In this document: positions 28,840-38,771 of the stretch, piece by piece
Layout: each line of letters begins with the position of its first letter
Numbering within the stretch: the stretch's first letter is position 1
From: Candidatus Blackburnbacteria bacterium
GTDB lineage: Bacteria > Patescibacteriota > Microgenomatia > UBA8517 > UBA10165
Direction of reading: 5' to 3'
Assembly (NCBI GenBank): GCA_016183565.1
Contig: JACPEJ010000001.1
Location: 226,577 to 290,576 of the forward strand
DNA: 64,000 bases
Notes under the pieces: generated by a model
Seen by the model: only the letters and a program-made list of their open reading frames with translations
Database searches by the model: none
Told to the model about the DNA's origin: nothing
Position numbers and translations under genes: made by a program

Positions 28840-30003
28840 ATGAGTTCTAGAGAAGATTATCTTAAGAAGTTGGAACAGATTTCTGGTTTAACTCGTGAGC
28901 AAGCAAAACTTCAGTTGCTTGATGAACTTGAGAAGGATCTTGTTGCCGAAAAGGCGAAGAGATTGCGAGCTTTGGAAGAGAACATACGCCTTGAGGCGGA
29001 TGAAAAAGCGCGGGAGATTTTGGTTGACAGTATGCGTCATGGTGCAACGGGGTATGTTGCGGAGTATACGGTTTCGAGTGTGCGCTTACCGGATGAGGAA
29101 ATTAAAGGGAGGATTATTGGACGAGAGGGAAGAAACATTAGGGCTTTTGAGCAAGCTACTGGTGTTGAGATAGAACTTGACGAAACTAATGACATTCGCC
29201 TTTCTTCCTTTGACCCTATAAGGCGGGAGATTGCCAGAATATCTCTTGAGCAATTAGTGAAAGATGGGCGTATACAGCCTACTCGCATAGAAGAGGTTGT
29301 TAAACAGCAGCAAGTAAAGATGGATAATATTCTTCTTGAGGAAGGGAAGAATATTTCGCATGCTTGTGGTGTATATGATCTTTCGCTTGATTTAGTGCGG
29401 ATGATAGGTCGCTATCGCTTCCGTACATCATATGGCCAAAATCTTGCTCAGCACACTATAGAGGAGACGAAAATTGGTGTGCAAATGGCACATGAAGTTG
29501 GAGCAAATGTTGAAATTGTTCGTAAGGGGTGCTTGCTCCATGATATAGGTAAAGTTGTCACCGATGAGGAGGGGACTCATGTTCAGCTTGGAGTTGATCT
29601 TTTACGTCGATATGGAGTGCAACAGGAGGTTATCGATACTGTTGCGGAACACCACGAAGATAGACCTTTTTCATCTGTAGAATCTGTTATTGTTTATACG
29701 GCCGATGCTTTGTCTGGTAGTCGACCAGGGGCTCGTTATGAACCGTACGAGAATTATGCTCAAAGGATGCAGCAGATAGAAGAAGTTGCGAATTCTTTTA
29801 AGGGGGTTTCTCAAGTGTTTGCCTTTCAGGCGGGTCGGGAGGTTCAAGTTATAGTTAGGCCTAGTGAAGTTTCAGATGACGAGCTTACTGTTTTGGCTCA
29901 TGATATTGCTAAGAGGCTTGAAAAGGAAGTGGAGTATGCTGGGCAGATAAAAGTTAATGTAATACGACAAACACAAGTTTCTGAAACTACAAGGGCAAAA
30001 TGA
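28840..30003 (+). CDS. rny: ribonuclease Y (KH + HD domains; lacks the usual N-terminal TM segment)
   Basis: IGREGRNIRAFEQATGVEIELD (KH), LLHDIGK (HD). Confidence 0.85.
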   Translation: MSSREDYLKKLEQISGLTREQAKLQLLDELEKDLVAEKAKRLRALEENIRLEADEKAREILVDSMRHGATGYVAEYTVSSVRLPDEEIKGRIIGREGRNIRAFEQATGVEIELDETNDIRLSSFDPIRREIARISLEQLVKDGRIQPTRIEEVVKQQQVKMDNILLEEGKNISHACGVYDLSLDLVRMIGRYRFRTSYGQNLAQHTIEETKIGVQMAHEVGANVEIVRKGCLLHDIGKVVTDEEGTHVQLGVDLLRRYGVQQEVIDTVAEHHEDRPFSSVESVIVYTADALSGSRPGARYEPYENYAQRMQQIEEVANSFKGVSQVFAFQAGREVQVIVRPSEVSDDELTVLAHDIAKRLEKEVEYAGQIKVNVIRQTQVSETTRAK

Positions 30004-30020
30004 CCTTTGAATCATACCGA

Positions 30021-30049
30021 TTGACTTCATGGCAGGTTTTGAATACACT
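30021..30049 (+). promoter_or_regulatory. promoter TTGACT-17-TACACT placing the transcript start at or next to the hup ATG (leaderless candidate)
   Basis: TTGACT at 30021-30026, TACACT at 30044-30049, ATG at 30058. Confidence 0.45.
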
Positions 30050-30057
30050 TAGTTTTG

Positions 30058-30327
30058 ATGACCAAAAAAGATCTTGTGGAGATTGTTGCCAGGAAGGCAC
30101 ATCTTACAAAAAAAGCGGCAACAGAGTCGATAGAAACTTTCCTCTTGGAAATTCAAAGAGCTTTAATTAAGGGGGAAAAAATTGTAATTAGTGGGTTTGG
30201 TACTTTCTCTGTTGATCAACGGGCAAAAAAGAAAATGTTTTTGCGTGGTCGGGAAGAAGATGTTCCCCCTCACAGATTGCCTCGTTTTCATCCGGGCAAA
30301 ACACTAAAGCGTTTAGTTAAGAAGTGA
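30058..30327 (+). CDS. hup: DNA-binding protein HU
   Basis: MTKKDLVEIVA...GFGTFSVDQRAKKK... Confidence 0.85.
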   Translation: MTKKDLVEIVARKAHLTKKAATESIETFLLEIQRALIKGEKIVISGFGTFSVDQRAKKKMFLRGREEDVPPHRLPRFHPGKTLKRLVKK

Positions 30328-30336
30328 TTATTGGGA

Positions 30337-30708
30337 CTAGTGTTGGTATTTAACTTCTAGATATTTAATGTTTTCATTTAAAAGACTGAATTCTTTTTTT
30401 ATGTAACTTTTGACTTTTTGATAATCGAACTTTTTGCAAGAAAAGATGTCTATACAGAGCTCTCTTTCTTTTGTGAACGTGTGGATTGAGATATGAGAAA
30501 AGTCTATAATTGCAAAACCTGTTACTCCGGGGTTTTCTGGAATTCCATCAATTGCAACAGGTCCGTGTGCTATAGTCATGTCACACAGTGACGCGATCTT
30601 GCAAATTATATTTTTTATTTTATCTTTGTCAGAAAGAGGGGGGATGTCGCAATTGAATGCGTCTATAATAATATGGAAACGTCGGGAGTTGTTTTGGATT
30701 TTCGACAT
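30337..30708 (-). CDS. speH: S-adenosylmethionine decarboxylase proenzyme (small bacterial/archaeal type)
   Basis: ~120 aa; FSHISIHTF matches the ESHISIHTWPE processing-site motif. Confidence 0.7.
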   Translation of the reverse strand: MSKIQNNSRRFHIIIDAFNCDIPPLSDKDKIKNIICKIASLCDMTIAHGPVAIDGIPENPGVTGFAIIDFSHISIHTFTKERELCIDIFSCKKFDYQKVKSYIKKEFSLLNENIKYLEVKYQH

Positions 30709-30765
30709 ATTTAAGGGTTAGCACAATTAGATAGTGAAAGCAATTTTCTTAAAAACTTAAATACC

Positions 30766-31737
30766 ATGTCAATAGGCAACAAGAAACTACTTGTAATTTG
30801 TGGCCCAACAGCAACAGGTAAAACAAATCTTGGTATCTATCTTGCAAAAAAGCTTAATGGCGAAATAATTTCTGCTGACTCTAGACAGGTTTATCGTGGT
30901 CTTGATATTGCTACAGGGAAAGATATATCCGAGAATTTCAAATTTCAAATATCAAATATCAAATATCAGAATGAAGAAATTGGTTATTGGGAAACTGACG
31001 ATGGGGTAAGAGTATGGTTAGTAGATGTGGTTGATTCTACAGCGAACTTTAGTGTTGCTACTTACCGGGGGCTTGCTAGTCTTGTAGTAGAGGATGTGTA
31101 CGGACGTGGCAAACTTCCTATTGTAGTTGGGGGTACAGGCTTGTATATAAGGGCTTTGGTTGATGGGATTGATACCATTGGTGTTCCGCCGAATCCGACT
31201 CTACGAGCATTATATGGGAGGAAAACTTCGGAGGAGCTTTATGATGTTCTGTTTCACTTGGTTCCAGACACAATAATTGGTCTTAGTTTTTCTGAAAGAA
31301 AGAATAAACAGAGGCTTATAAGAAGGATAGAAATTGCACAATCTAACAGGAAGAAAATTAGTGTTTGCTCACCGGACTGGGATGTTCTTTTTGTTGGTTT
31401 GACTGCACAGTGTGGGTTTTTACAGAAACGGATAGAAAAACGAATTGATCAGTGGGTGACTGAGGGGGTTCGGGAGGAAGTGGCAACTCTTTTGGATAAG
31501 GGGGTAAGTTGGGAGGGTCAGGCGATGAGTTCTTTGGGGTATCGTCAATGGAAGCCGTATTTTGAGAAGAAAGCAACGGTGCAAGAGGTTGTCGAGAGGT
31601 GGAAGAAAGAAGAGTGGCAGTATGCAAGACGTCAGCTTACTTGGTTTAAAAAAGACGAAAGGGTTAGGTGGTTTGATGTTAGCAGTGATGGTTGGAGGTC
31701 TGAGGTGGAAAAGTTGGTCTCAGGTTGGTACAATTGA
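30766..31737 (+). CDS. miaA: tRNA dimethylallyltransferase
   Basis: LLVICGPTATGKT...ISADSRQVYRGLDIATGK. Confidence 0.88.
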   Translation: MSIGNKKLLVICGPTATGKTNLGIYLAKKLNGEIISADSRQVYRGLDIATGKDISENFKFQISNIKYQNEEIGYWETDDGVRVWLVDVVDSTANFSVATYRGLASLVVEDVYGRGKLPIVVGGTGLYIRALVDGIDTIGVPPNPTLRALYGRKTSEELYDVLFHLVPDTIIGLSFSERKNKQRLIRRIEIAQSNRKKISVCSPDWDVLFVGLTAQCGFLQKRIEKRIDQWVTEGVREEVATLLDKGVSWEGQAMSSLGYRQWKPYFEKKATVQEVVERWKKEEWQYARRQLTWFKKDERVRWFDVSSDGWRSEVEKLVSGWYN

Positions 31738-31809
31738 CGTAACAGATCATTCCCTTCGGGAATGGAAAACAAATCAGAATTTGTCTTCAACTGCGTATAA
31801 AAATGTAGT

Positions 31810-32820
31810 ATGCCTAAAACAATTGAGATTTCCCATAGAACAATAATTTTTACGGTGTTTTTTTTGCTTTCGCTTTGGGTTTTGTTTCAGATAAGAACAA
31901 TTTTGATAGGTTTGTTTGTGGCAGTTCTTCTTGCAACAGCTCTTTCTCCTATTGTTGATCGTTTATCCAGTTTCAGAATACCACGAGGAATTGCAATTTT
32001 AGTAGCGTATGTTTTTTTCTTGGGGGCATTGGGTTGGGGATTGTCAACAATTGTTGCGCCTTTGGTTGAGCAAACGACTAACTTAGTAAATAGGTTACCA
32101 ATGTTGTTTGATGATTTAGGCCGCTGGCTTGAGGGTGTAGGAATTCAGGGTGTTGACAGTAGTGCAATCGCAAGTCAGGTCTCCCAGCTTGGGGCAATTC
32201 CGGCTGATATTGTTCGCTTTATTGTTTTTATTTTCTCTAATTTAGTTACGGTTATAGCTGTCTTGGTTATTACCTTTTACATGCTTGTTGAGAAGAAAAA
32301 TTTGGATAATTATTTGCTTATTCTTTTAGGGACCGAGAGAGAGCAGAAGGCCAAGTCTTTTATAGATAAATTGGAAGTACGCTTGGGAGGTTGGGTTAGA
32401 GGAGAGCTTTTGTTGATGGTCATAATTGGTGTTATGACTTACATAGGGTTAAGGCTTCTTGGTATACCCTATGCTCTTCCTTTAGCGATACTAGCGGGAT
32501 TTTTGGAGATATTGCCTAACATTGGTCCTATTATCTCAGCGATTCCAGGTGTTCTTCTTGCTCTTACAATATCACCTATCATGGCTTTGGCCACAGGCTC
32601 TTTGTACTTTTTAATTCAACAGCTTGAAAATAGTTTGATAGTACCTAAGGTTATGCAAAAGGCTGCTGGAGTAAATCCGTTGGTTATAATTGTTTCCTTG
32701 GCGGTTGGGTTTGAACTATCAGGGGCTATGGGGGCGATTCTTGCGGTACCTATAATTATTGTTGTACATGTGGTAGCAGTTGAACTTTTGGGCTTCCGGA
32801 TGCAGTATACAGAGAAGTGA
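31810..32820 (+). CDS. AI-2E family transporter (UPF0118/PerM-like permease)
   Basis: 8 TM helices; characteristic ...LAILAGFLEILPNIGPIISAIPGVLLAL... Confidence 0.75.
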   Translation: MPKTIEISHRTIIFTVFFLLSLWVLFQIRTILIGLFVAVLLATALSPIVDRLSSFRIPRGIAILVAYVFFLGALGWGLSTIVAPLVEQTTNLVNRLPMLFDDLGRWLEGVGIQGVDSSAIASQVSQLGAIPADIVRFIVFIFSNLVTVIAVLVITFYMLVEKKNLDNYLLILLGTEREQKAKSFIDKLEVRLGGWVRGELLLMVIIGVMTYIGLRLLGIPYALPLAILAGFLEILPNIGPIISAIPGVLLALTISPIMALATGSLYFLIQQLENSLIVPKVMQKAAGVNPLVIIVSLAVGFELSGAMGAILAVPIIIVVHVVAVELLGFRMQYTEK

Positions 32821-32854
32821 GATTTGTGCTGCGCATACGTACGCTTGCCATGCA

Positions 32855-32886
32855 GCAAAAAAGCCGCATTGCTGCGGCTTTTTTGC
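32855..32886. terminator. bidirectional intrinsic terminator shared by the AI-2E gene (+) and rnpB (-)
   Basis: aaaaaa-gccgcattgctgcggc-tttttt. Confidence 0.7.
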
Positions 32887-33334
32887 ACTAGGAATGAGTA
32901 AGCCAGGTTCTGTTTCCGCTAGTTGGCGGAGGCGATAATCTATCTAACGCCCTCAAACTTTGATGCTTCCGGAAGCTGGTAATAGCCTGCCTAGACTTAA
33001 TGTCTTAGCAGGGCTGGCGCATCGTTCGGAGGTTGCAGCGGGGAGGATTGCCTCTTTTCACCCTCTGCCCTGTTAGCTTTAGGCTAACGAGATGAGTCGT
33101 TGTCTCTGTGGCTCTAACTGGCGGTTTGCCTTCGACTATTTCGACAAACTCAGTACAAGTTCGCTCAGGCAACCCTGAGCTTGCCGAAGGGTTCCCGCCT
33201 CGGCTTACGCCGAGCACCCTGCTTCCTGCTGCCTGGACTTTCCTCCCCGCCATTCGCTTCCCACTTGGCTTTGGGTTCTATTCGAACGCGCCTCGTGGTG
33301 CGCTTCGGCGGGGTAATCGCCCTGTTTCCTAGGT
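32886..33334 (-). ncRNA. rnpB: RNase P RNA (bacterial type; ~449 nt)
   Basis: on the minus strand: GGAGGAAAGTCCAGGC (5' strand of P4) ... AGGGTGAAA ... ACAGAACCTGGCTTAC (3' strand of P4), with compensatory A:U in P4; P1 pairing cctaggaa/ttcctag; terminator follows. Confidence 0.8.
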
Positions 33335-33388
33335 ATGCGTATCATACCAAAAGTAGCCTTAAAAGTCAATTACTACAGGTGAGTCTTG

Positions 33389-33418
33389 ACAAATAGGTTT
33401 GCTTTCACAATACTGGGT
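33389..33418 (+). promoter_or_regulatory. sigma70-like promoter TTGACA-17-AATACT upstream of leader motif copy C
   Basis: seen in sequence. Confidence 0.4.
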
Positions 33419-33550
33419 TAGGTTTAGGTGAATCTGGCTCGCCCAATCTTACCTCTCGCCTTACCTACTATTCGTAGCGCGGCGCGAGGAGCGATTTAGG
33501 TCGAGCTGCGCCAAGTCAGACTTGGCTTGAAAGGAGGTGAGGGAAACAAA

Positions 33551-34234
33551 ATGACACTTTTTCAAGCGTGGCAGGTAGCTCTTTTTACTTCTTGGAATCA
33601 GATTTGGACTTCTTTTGTAGCTTTTTTACCAGCTTTTTTGGGTGCAGTAGTAGTTTTTGTGGTTGGTTTGTTTGTGGCAAGTTGGGGTAAAAAGCTTACA
33701 GAGAGTTTGTTGAGAGCTTTAAGGTTACAAGACCTATCGGAAAGTTCTGGTTTTGCGGGCTATTTAAAGAAAGCGGACATTCGACTTACAGCGACAGAGC
33801 TTGTAGGAACTCTTGTTAAATGGGTTTTACTCTTAATATTTTTTGTTGCTGCAGTGGATATAGTAGGTCTTACGGTTGTTTCAACTGTGTTAACGAGTGT
33901 TTTGGGTTATATACCGAATGTTTTGGCAGCAGCATTGGTTTTTGGCGCAGGAGTTCTTGTAGCAAACTTGGTTGATGGGTTAGTGCGGGGTGCTTTTGCA
34001 ACTATTGATCATGAAGCAGCGAGGCCGGTTGGGAAGTTGGCAAGATGGGTGGTTCTTGTAGTTGCCTTCTTTGCTGCTGTTGATCAACTAAAGATTGCAC
34101 AAACCTTAATTGATACGTTTTTCCAAGGTCTTACGTGGACATTGGTACTTATTTTTGGATTGTCGATAGGATTGGGAGGTAAGGATTTCGTGTCAAGGTT
34201 GTTGGATGATTGGTATAAGAGGATTCAAAAGTAA
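33551..34234 (+). CDS. hypothetical integral membrane protein
   Basis: SD aaggaggtga 12 nt upstream of the ATG; multiple TM helices. Confidence 0.55.
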   Translation: MTLFQAWQVALFTSWNQIWTSFVAFLPAFLGAVVVFVVGLFVASWGKKLTESLLRALRLQDLSESSGFAGYLKKADIRLTATELVGTLVKWVLLLIFFVAAVDIVGLTVVSTVLTSVLGYIPNVLAAALVFGAGVLVANLVDGLVRGAFATIDHEAARPVGKLARWVVLVVAFFAAVDQLKIAQTLIDTFFQGLTWTLVLIFGLSIGLGGKDFVSRLLDDWYKRIQK

Positions 34235-34256
34235 CCTGTAGAAAATTTGATTGTGT

Positions 34257-35366
34257 ATGAAACTTCGTAATTGGAGTATTGCGCTTTTAGCTCTGGGTTT
34301 GATTTTCTTTATTGTCTTTTTGTTTCCCTTAAAGGCGGATATTGTTAATGGGGGATCTAATTTTTTGGGTGAAAGTGGGTTTAAAAAGCTGTTGCGTTGG
34401 AAGCCTTCCTCAGATTATGTTCCAGGAGAGATTGCTCTGGGGAAAGTTTTTCAGGAAGATCACAGCTGGACAAAGAAATTAACAAATGGTCGGACGAGGG
34501 TACTTATAACCACTGGGGATGTTATGCTTGGGCGAGCCGTTAACCAGAAAACTGCCCAAAAAGGTGATTTTATTTGGCCTTTTCAAAATACTGCGGATTT
34601 TTTAAAAAGTGCTGATTTGACTTTTATAAATCTGGAGAGTCCGATTGTTGAGAATTGTCCGGTTAAAATAGATGGTATGACTTTTTGCGGTAACACAAGG
34701 CATGTTGAGGGTTTGCTGTTTTCTGGAATAGATGTTGCGAATTTGGCAAATAATCATATAGGAAATTATGGAACTGAGGGTTTGAATACAACAAGTAATT
34801 TTTTAGAAAGTGTTGGGATTCTTACTACGGGTAATTTGAAGCCAGCATACAAGGAATCAGGAGGAATGGTTTTTTCTTTTTTAGGATATAACGATATTCC
34901 TCCGAAGTTTGAAGGCGTTTCTTGGGTTGATGAGGAGAGGGTCGAAAGAGAAATTAAAGAGGCAAAAGCTAATAGTGATATAGTGATTGTTGCTTTTCAT
35001 TGGGGAGAAGAGTATAGGCGATTTCCAACCAAGCGACAGAAGAAATTGGCTCGGCTAGCTATTGACTTGGGAGCAAGTGTTGTAGTTGGCAATCATCCAC
35101 ACGCTATTCAACCTATTGAAGTATACAAAGGAGGATTAATTGTCTATTCGCATGGGAATTTTGTTTTTGATCAAATGTGGTCAGAGGGGACAAAGGAAGG
35201 AATAGTAGGCAGATTTGTTTTCTACGATGAGAAGTTGGTTGATGCAGAGTTCTTTCCGATTCGAATTGAGAATTATGGTCAACCCTATCTATTGACTGAC
35301 CAGAGGAAGGATGAGATTCTTGAAGAGTTAGAAAAAGACAGTAGGATACTAGCGGAGGGAGAGTAG
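34257..35366 (+). CDS. CapA/PgsA-family metallophosphatase (poly-gamma-glutamate synthesis-like)
   Basis: N-terminal TM; FHWGEEYRRFPT...VVGNHPHAIQPIE...YSHGNFVFDQ. Confidence 0.7.
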   Translation: MKLRNWSIALLALGLIFFIVFLFPLKADIVNGGSNFLGESGFKKLLRWKPSSDYVPGEIALGKVFQEDHSWTKKLTNGRTRVLITTGDVMLGRAVNQKTAQKGDFIWPFQNTADFLKSADLTFINLESPIVENCPVKIDGMTFCGNTRHVEGLLFSGIDVANLANNHIGNYGTEGLNTTSNFLESVGILTTGNLKPAYKESGGMVFSFLGYNDIPPKFEGVSWVDEERVEREIKEAKANSDIVIVAFHWGEEYRRFPTKRQKKLARLAIDLGASVVVGNHPHAIQPIEVYKGGLIVYSHGNFVFDQMWSEGTKEGIVGRFVFYDEKLVDAEFFPIRIENYGQPYLLTDQRKDEILEELEKDSRILAEGE

Positions 35367-35415
35367 GATGGATTATTCTTGACTAGTAGTTAACACGCAG
35401 TTCATACTGGGTTTA

Positions 35416-35985
35416 GTGCAACTTTCTTTAAGTCGAACATTGGGACAGATGAGGCTTGTTTTAAAGGACCCAGAAAGTGTTGGGCCTTTCACTGTTTATG
35501 AGGTTTTTCGCGATGATTCGGATGGTTGGGCAAACAAGACTGTAATTTATCCTGGTAAGTTGGGTGAGGAATATACAAAGACGTTTGGACATTATCATCC
35601 GGAGGGTGCGCCGGATGAAGTATATCGTGTGATTGAAGGGGAAGGTATTCTGGAGCTTCAGAAAAAACATTTGGGGAATGATCAATTGGTTTCTTTCCAG
35701 GTAGACGAAGTTTTATTGATAAAAGCCAAATCAGGGGATGAGATTGTTATTACCCCAGAATATGGTCATTCGTGGTCTAATGTAGGTAGTACTCCTTTGA
35801 TTCTTCTTGATGATTGGGAGGTTGGTCATACAGGAGCTGATTATGAGCAGATTGGGAAATTTCATGGTATGGCTTACTATCTTGTAGAACTAAACGGTGG
35901 GCCTAGAGCTTTTCCTAACCCAAATTACGAGAATCTTCCGGAGCCTGTTTTTTTGACAGCAAAGGAGTTTAAAAGACCCTCCTGA
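35416..35985 (+). CDS. cupin-type glucose-6-phosphate isomerase-like protein (cPGI family)
   Basis: TFGHYHPEGAPDEVYRVIEGEG and EYGHSW are consistent with the His/Glu metal site of cupin PGIs; start codon uncertain. Confidence 0.5.
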   Translation: MQLSLSRTLGQMRLVLKDPESVGPFTVYEVFRDDSDGWANKTVIYPGKLGEEYTKTFGHYHPEGAPDEVYRVIEGEGILELQKKHLGNDQLVSFQVDEVLLIKAKSGDEIVITPEYGHSWSNVGSTPLILLDDWEVGHTGADYEQIGKFHGMAYYLVELNGGPRAFPNPNYENLPEPVFLTAKEFKRPS

Positions 35986-36052
35986 TCTTACCATTCGCCT
36001 TCAGGTACTATTCGTACACGGCTCATGGAGCGATCTTAGGAGGGCAAGGGAG

Positions 36053-36256
36053 GTGATAATAGTGTACAAAACGGTAACTGCATATTTTAAAAAACATGTT
36101 TTATATAACTCATTGGTGCATGTTTTAGGAGGGGTGGGGGTAGGGATTCTTGTAGCGCGTCCATATGTTACCAACCCTGTTAGGTGGGGATTGGGGCTTT
36201 TAGTAATAAGTATAGTTGCTCACCTTTATCCTTTATTGACCAAAAGTTCTAAGTGA
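36053..36256 (+). CDS. small hypothetical membrane protein (67 aa)
   Basis: GTG start with SD aggagg 9 nt upstream; two TM helices. Confidence 0.45.
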   Translation: MIIVYKTVTAYFKKHVLYNSLVHVLGGVGVGILVARPYVTNPVRWGLGLLVISIVAHLYPLLTKSSK

Positions 36257-36279
36257 GTATTTCTGGTATAGTTTAGGTA

Positions 36280-37812
36280 ATGCTTTCGAAGGTTTTTTCC
36301 GGAACTACGTTGGGTTTGTCGGGAATACCAATAGAGGTGGAGGTGGATGTTCCTTCACAGGGCTTTCCTTCGTTTAATATAGTAGGTCTTCCAGATAAGG
36401 CTGTGGAGGAGGCAAAGGAACGGATTCGCTCGGCAATAAAGAATTCTGGTGCGGATCTTCCTCCTAAAAGAATAACTGTAAACTTAGCTCCAGCGGATTT
36501 GCCAAAAGAAGGGCCATCTTTTGATTTGCCTATGGCAGTTGGGATACTACTTGCTTCGGAACAGTTGCCTAAGCAAGATCTTTCTCAAGCTCTTTTTTTA
36601 GGGGAACTGTCTCTTGATGGTTCGCTTCGACATACAAATGGGGTTTTGCCAATTGTGATGTTGGCAAGGGAAAAAGGCTTCAAGGAGGTTTTTTTGCCAT
36701 CAGTGAATGCGCAGGAGGCAGCTGTGGTAAGAGGGGTAAGGATTTATCCTGTTCAAAGTATAGTTGAGTTGATTCGCCATTTGGCAGGGGTTTCAAAGAT
36801 TACTTCAGTAGAACATCTGTCCCTTCAAGAGTTGTTTGAGTTGCCAACCTTGGAGTTTGATTTTGCCGAGGTTCAAGGACAGGAACATATAAAGCGGGCT
36901 TTAGAGATTGCGGCTTCCGGGGGTCACAATGTTTTTATGAAAGGTACGCCTGGGTCCGGAAAAACTATGCTTGCTCGTGCTTTTCCTGGGATTTTGCCTC
37001 GGTTGACAGAAGACGAGGCTTTGGATGTAACAAAGATTTATTCGATTACAGGCAACCTTCAGAGTGGTCAATCAGTTGTTCGTTCACGTCCGTTCAGAAG
37101 CCCACACCATACTACATCGCGTATTGGGTTGATAGGTGGAGGCAGTAAGCCTATGCCGGGTGAGATATCACTGGCCCATCGTGGAGTACTTTTTTTGGAC
37201 GAGTTCCCCGAATTCCCCCGACACGTTCTTGAGGCACTTCGTCAGCCTATGGAGGATGGGGTAGTTACTATCTCAAGGGCAGCTGGGACTGTTTCATATC
37301 CTGCAAGTTTTACTTTGGTTGCGGCATCTAACCCGTGCCCTTGTGGTTATTATGGTTCGGATGTTAAACCTTGTAAATGTCTTCCTGGGCAGGTTTCTAG
37401 ATACGAAAAAAGGATATCTGGGCCAATATTGGATAGAATTGATATACACTTGGAGGTTCCGTCTGTTAGGCCTGAGAAACTTTTGGGTCATCAAGCTTCT
37501 TGTGAGAGTTCTAAAGATATTCAAACAAGAGTTCAAGAGACGCGTGACGTACAGCTTAAAAGGTTTGGGGATTTGAAGATTAAGTCGAACGCTGAGATGA
37601 ATACTCGACAGGTACGCGAATTTTGTCCGCTTTCTTTGGAGTGTGAAGCTTTAATGCGGCAAGCGGTTTCTCAAATGAACTTATCTGCTCGCTCTTTTTA
37701 TAGGGTAATTAAGGTTAGCCGCACAGTTGCGGATATAGCAAGTACAAAAGAAATTTTGCTGGCACATTTAAAAGAAGCTCTTATGTACCGACCTCGCCAG
37801 GATGATCTTTAG
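36280..37812 (+). CDS. comM: Mg-chelatase-like AAA+ ATPase ComM/YifB
   Basis: Lon-like N-domain; GTPGSGKTMLA Walker A; C-terminal ChlI-type domain. Confidence 0.88.
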   Translation: MLSKVFSGTTLGLSGIPIEVEVDVPSQGFPSFNIVGLPDKAVEEAKERIRSAIKNSGADLPPKRITVNLAPADLPKEGPSFDLPMAVGILLASEQLPKQDLSQALFLGELSLDGSLRHTNGVLPIVMLAREKGFKEVFLPSVNAQEAAVVRGVRIYPVQSIVELIRHLAGVSKITSVEHLSLQELFELPTLEFDFAEVQGQEHIKRALEIAASGGHNVFMKGTPGSGKTMLARAFPGILPRLTEDEALDVTKIYSITGNLQSGQSVVRSRPFRSPHHTTSRIGLIGGGSKPMPGEISLAHRGVLFLDEFPEFPRHVLEALRQPMEDGVVTISRAAGTVSYPASFTLVAASNPCPCGYYGSDVKPCKCLPGQVSRYEKRISGPILDRIDIHLEVPSVRPEKLLGHQASCESSKDIQTRVQETRDVQLKRFGDLKIKSNAEMNTRQVREFCPLSLECEALMRQAVSQMNLSARSFYRVIKVSRTVADIASTKEILLAHLKEALMYRPRQDDL

Positions 37813-38078
37813 TGCTTACGAGAATTTTACTTTTGGGGAGATTGACGGTTCTTGTATTTGGTGTCACTTCTAAAAATGGGTAAATTTTCCTGTTCGTAAC
37901 CTACGATTAGTACAATTCATTTGTTTTGTTTTTATGGAGGAAGCGGAGGATTCTTTGGAAAAACTGATGATCAGATTATTTGGAGTGGGTTATTTTTTGA
38001 TTATATCTTTTGGTTTATCGTTGTATTTGTTGTAATTTTAACTGTTACCAAAACCAGCATCAAGAGTGTCAAAGATTT

Positions 38079-38771
38079 TTAAAGGGGCGGTACTACTAAC
38101 TCCCGACGTTTTGCAAGAACCCGCCCTGCTTGGATCCAATTATTATCTCTGGCATATTGAGAATTAGGGCTATCATTTCTCCGAAGTGGATCCTGTGAGA
38201 TTATAAATGCCTCTAGTGCTCTGCGTTGGTTGGAAAAAGCATCTCCGTGATTGTGCGCATCTATAAATCTAATACTATTACCTCGAATAGTTCTTTCTTC
38301 TTCATTACGGGCTTGCATAAAACGATGATACTCTTGCTCGCCAGTTACGCTAGGAGGAGCACTTCTTTCTGCATCAATAAGACGAAGTAAGCCTTCAATT
38401 GGTACTCCTTCGCGAATAAAAAATTGACCGGGAACCTCTACAGGGAAAGTGTAATCATCAGTATCATAAAATAACCCTTTACCATCACCACCTAAATGCC
38501 ATACCGCGCGACTAATTATACAGAAGTCCGAAAGAAAAGTTATTATTTGGGGCTGGTCTTGTTTGAAGCGCTTAGCTAGTAATTCTCGTGATCTATGGCT
38601 TTCCCAACATTCTCGTGCCTGAGCAGTTCTAAAATCTAAACGTTGATACACTGCATTAAAAGCATTAATAATCTCTTGCGGGCTGTCTTTTTTAGGTTCT
38701 TTAGCGGGAGTAGCTTCTCTTTGCCATAGCCGTCTAATGGTTCTTCTTATTCCAGGATTTTTCTCAACCAT
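38079..38771 (-). CDS. hypothetical protein (230 aa)
   Basis: ORF only. Confidence 0.45.
   Translation of the reverse strand: MVEKNPGIRRTIRRLWQREATPAKEPKKDSPQEIINAFNAVYQRLDFRTAQARECWESHRSRELLAKRFKQDQPQIITFLSDFCIISRAVWHLGGDGKGLFYDTDDYTFPVEVPGQFFIREGVPIEGLLRLIDAERSAPPSVTGEQEYHRFMQARNEEERTIRGNSIRFIDAHNHGDAFSNQRRALEAFIISQDPLRRNDSPNSQYARDNNWIQAGRVLAKRRELVVPPL

Noticed and set aside
37934-38035. 33-aa hydrophobic mini-ORF (MEEAEDSLEKLMIRLFGVGYFLIISFGLSLYLL)
   Set aside because: It has no Shine-Dalgarno or promoter support and lies in an AT-rich spacer, which is insufficient evidence to call a gene.
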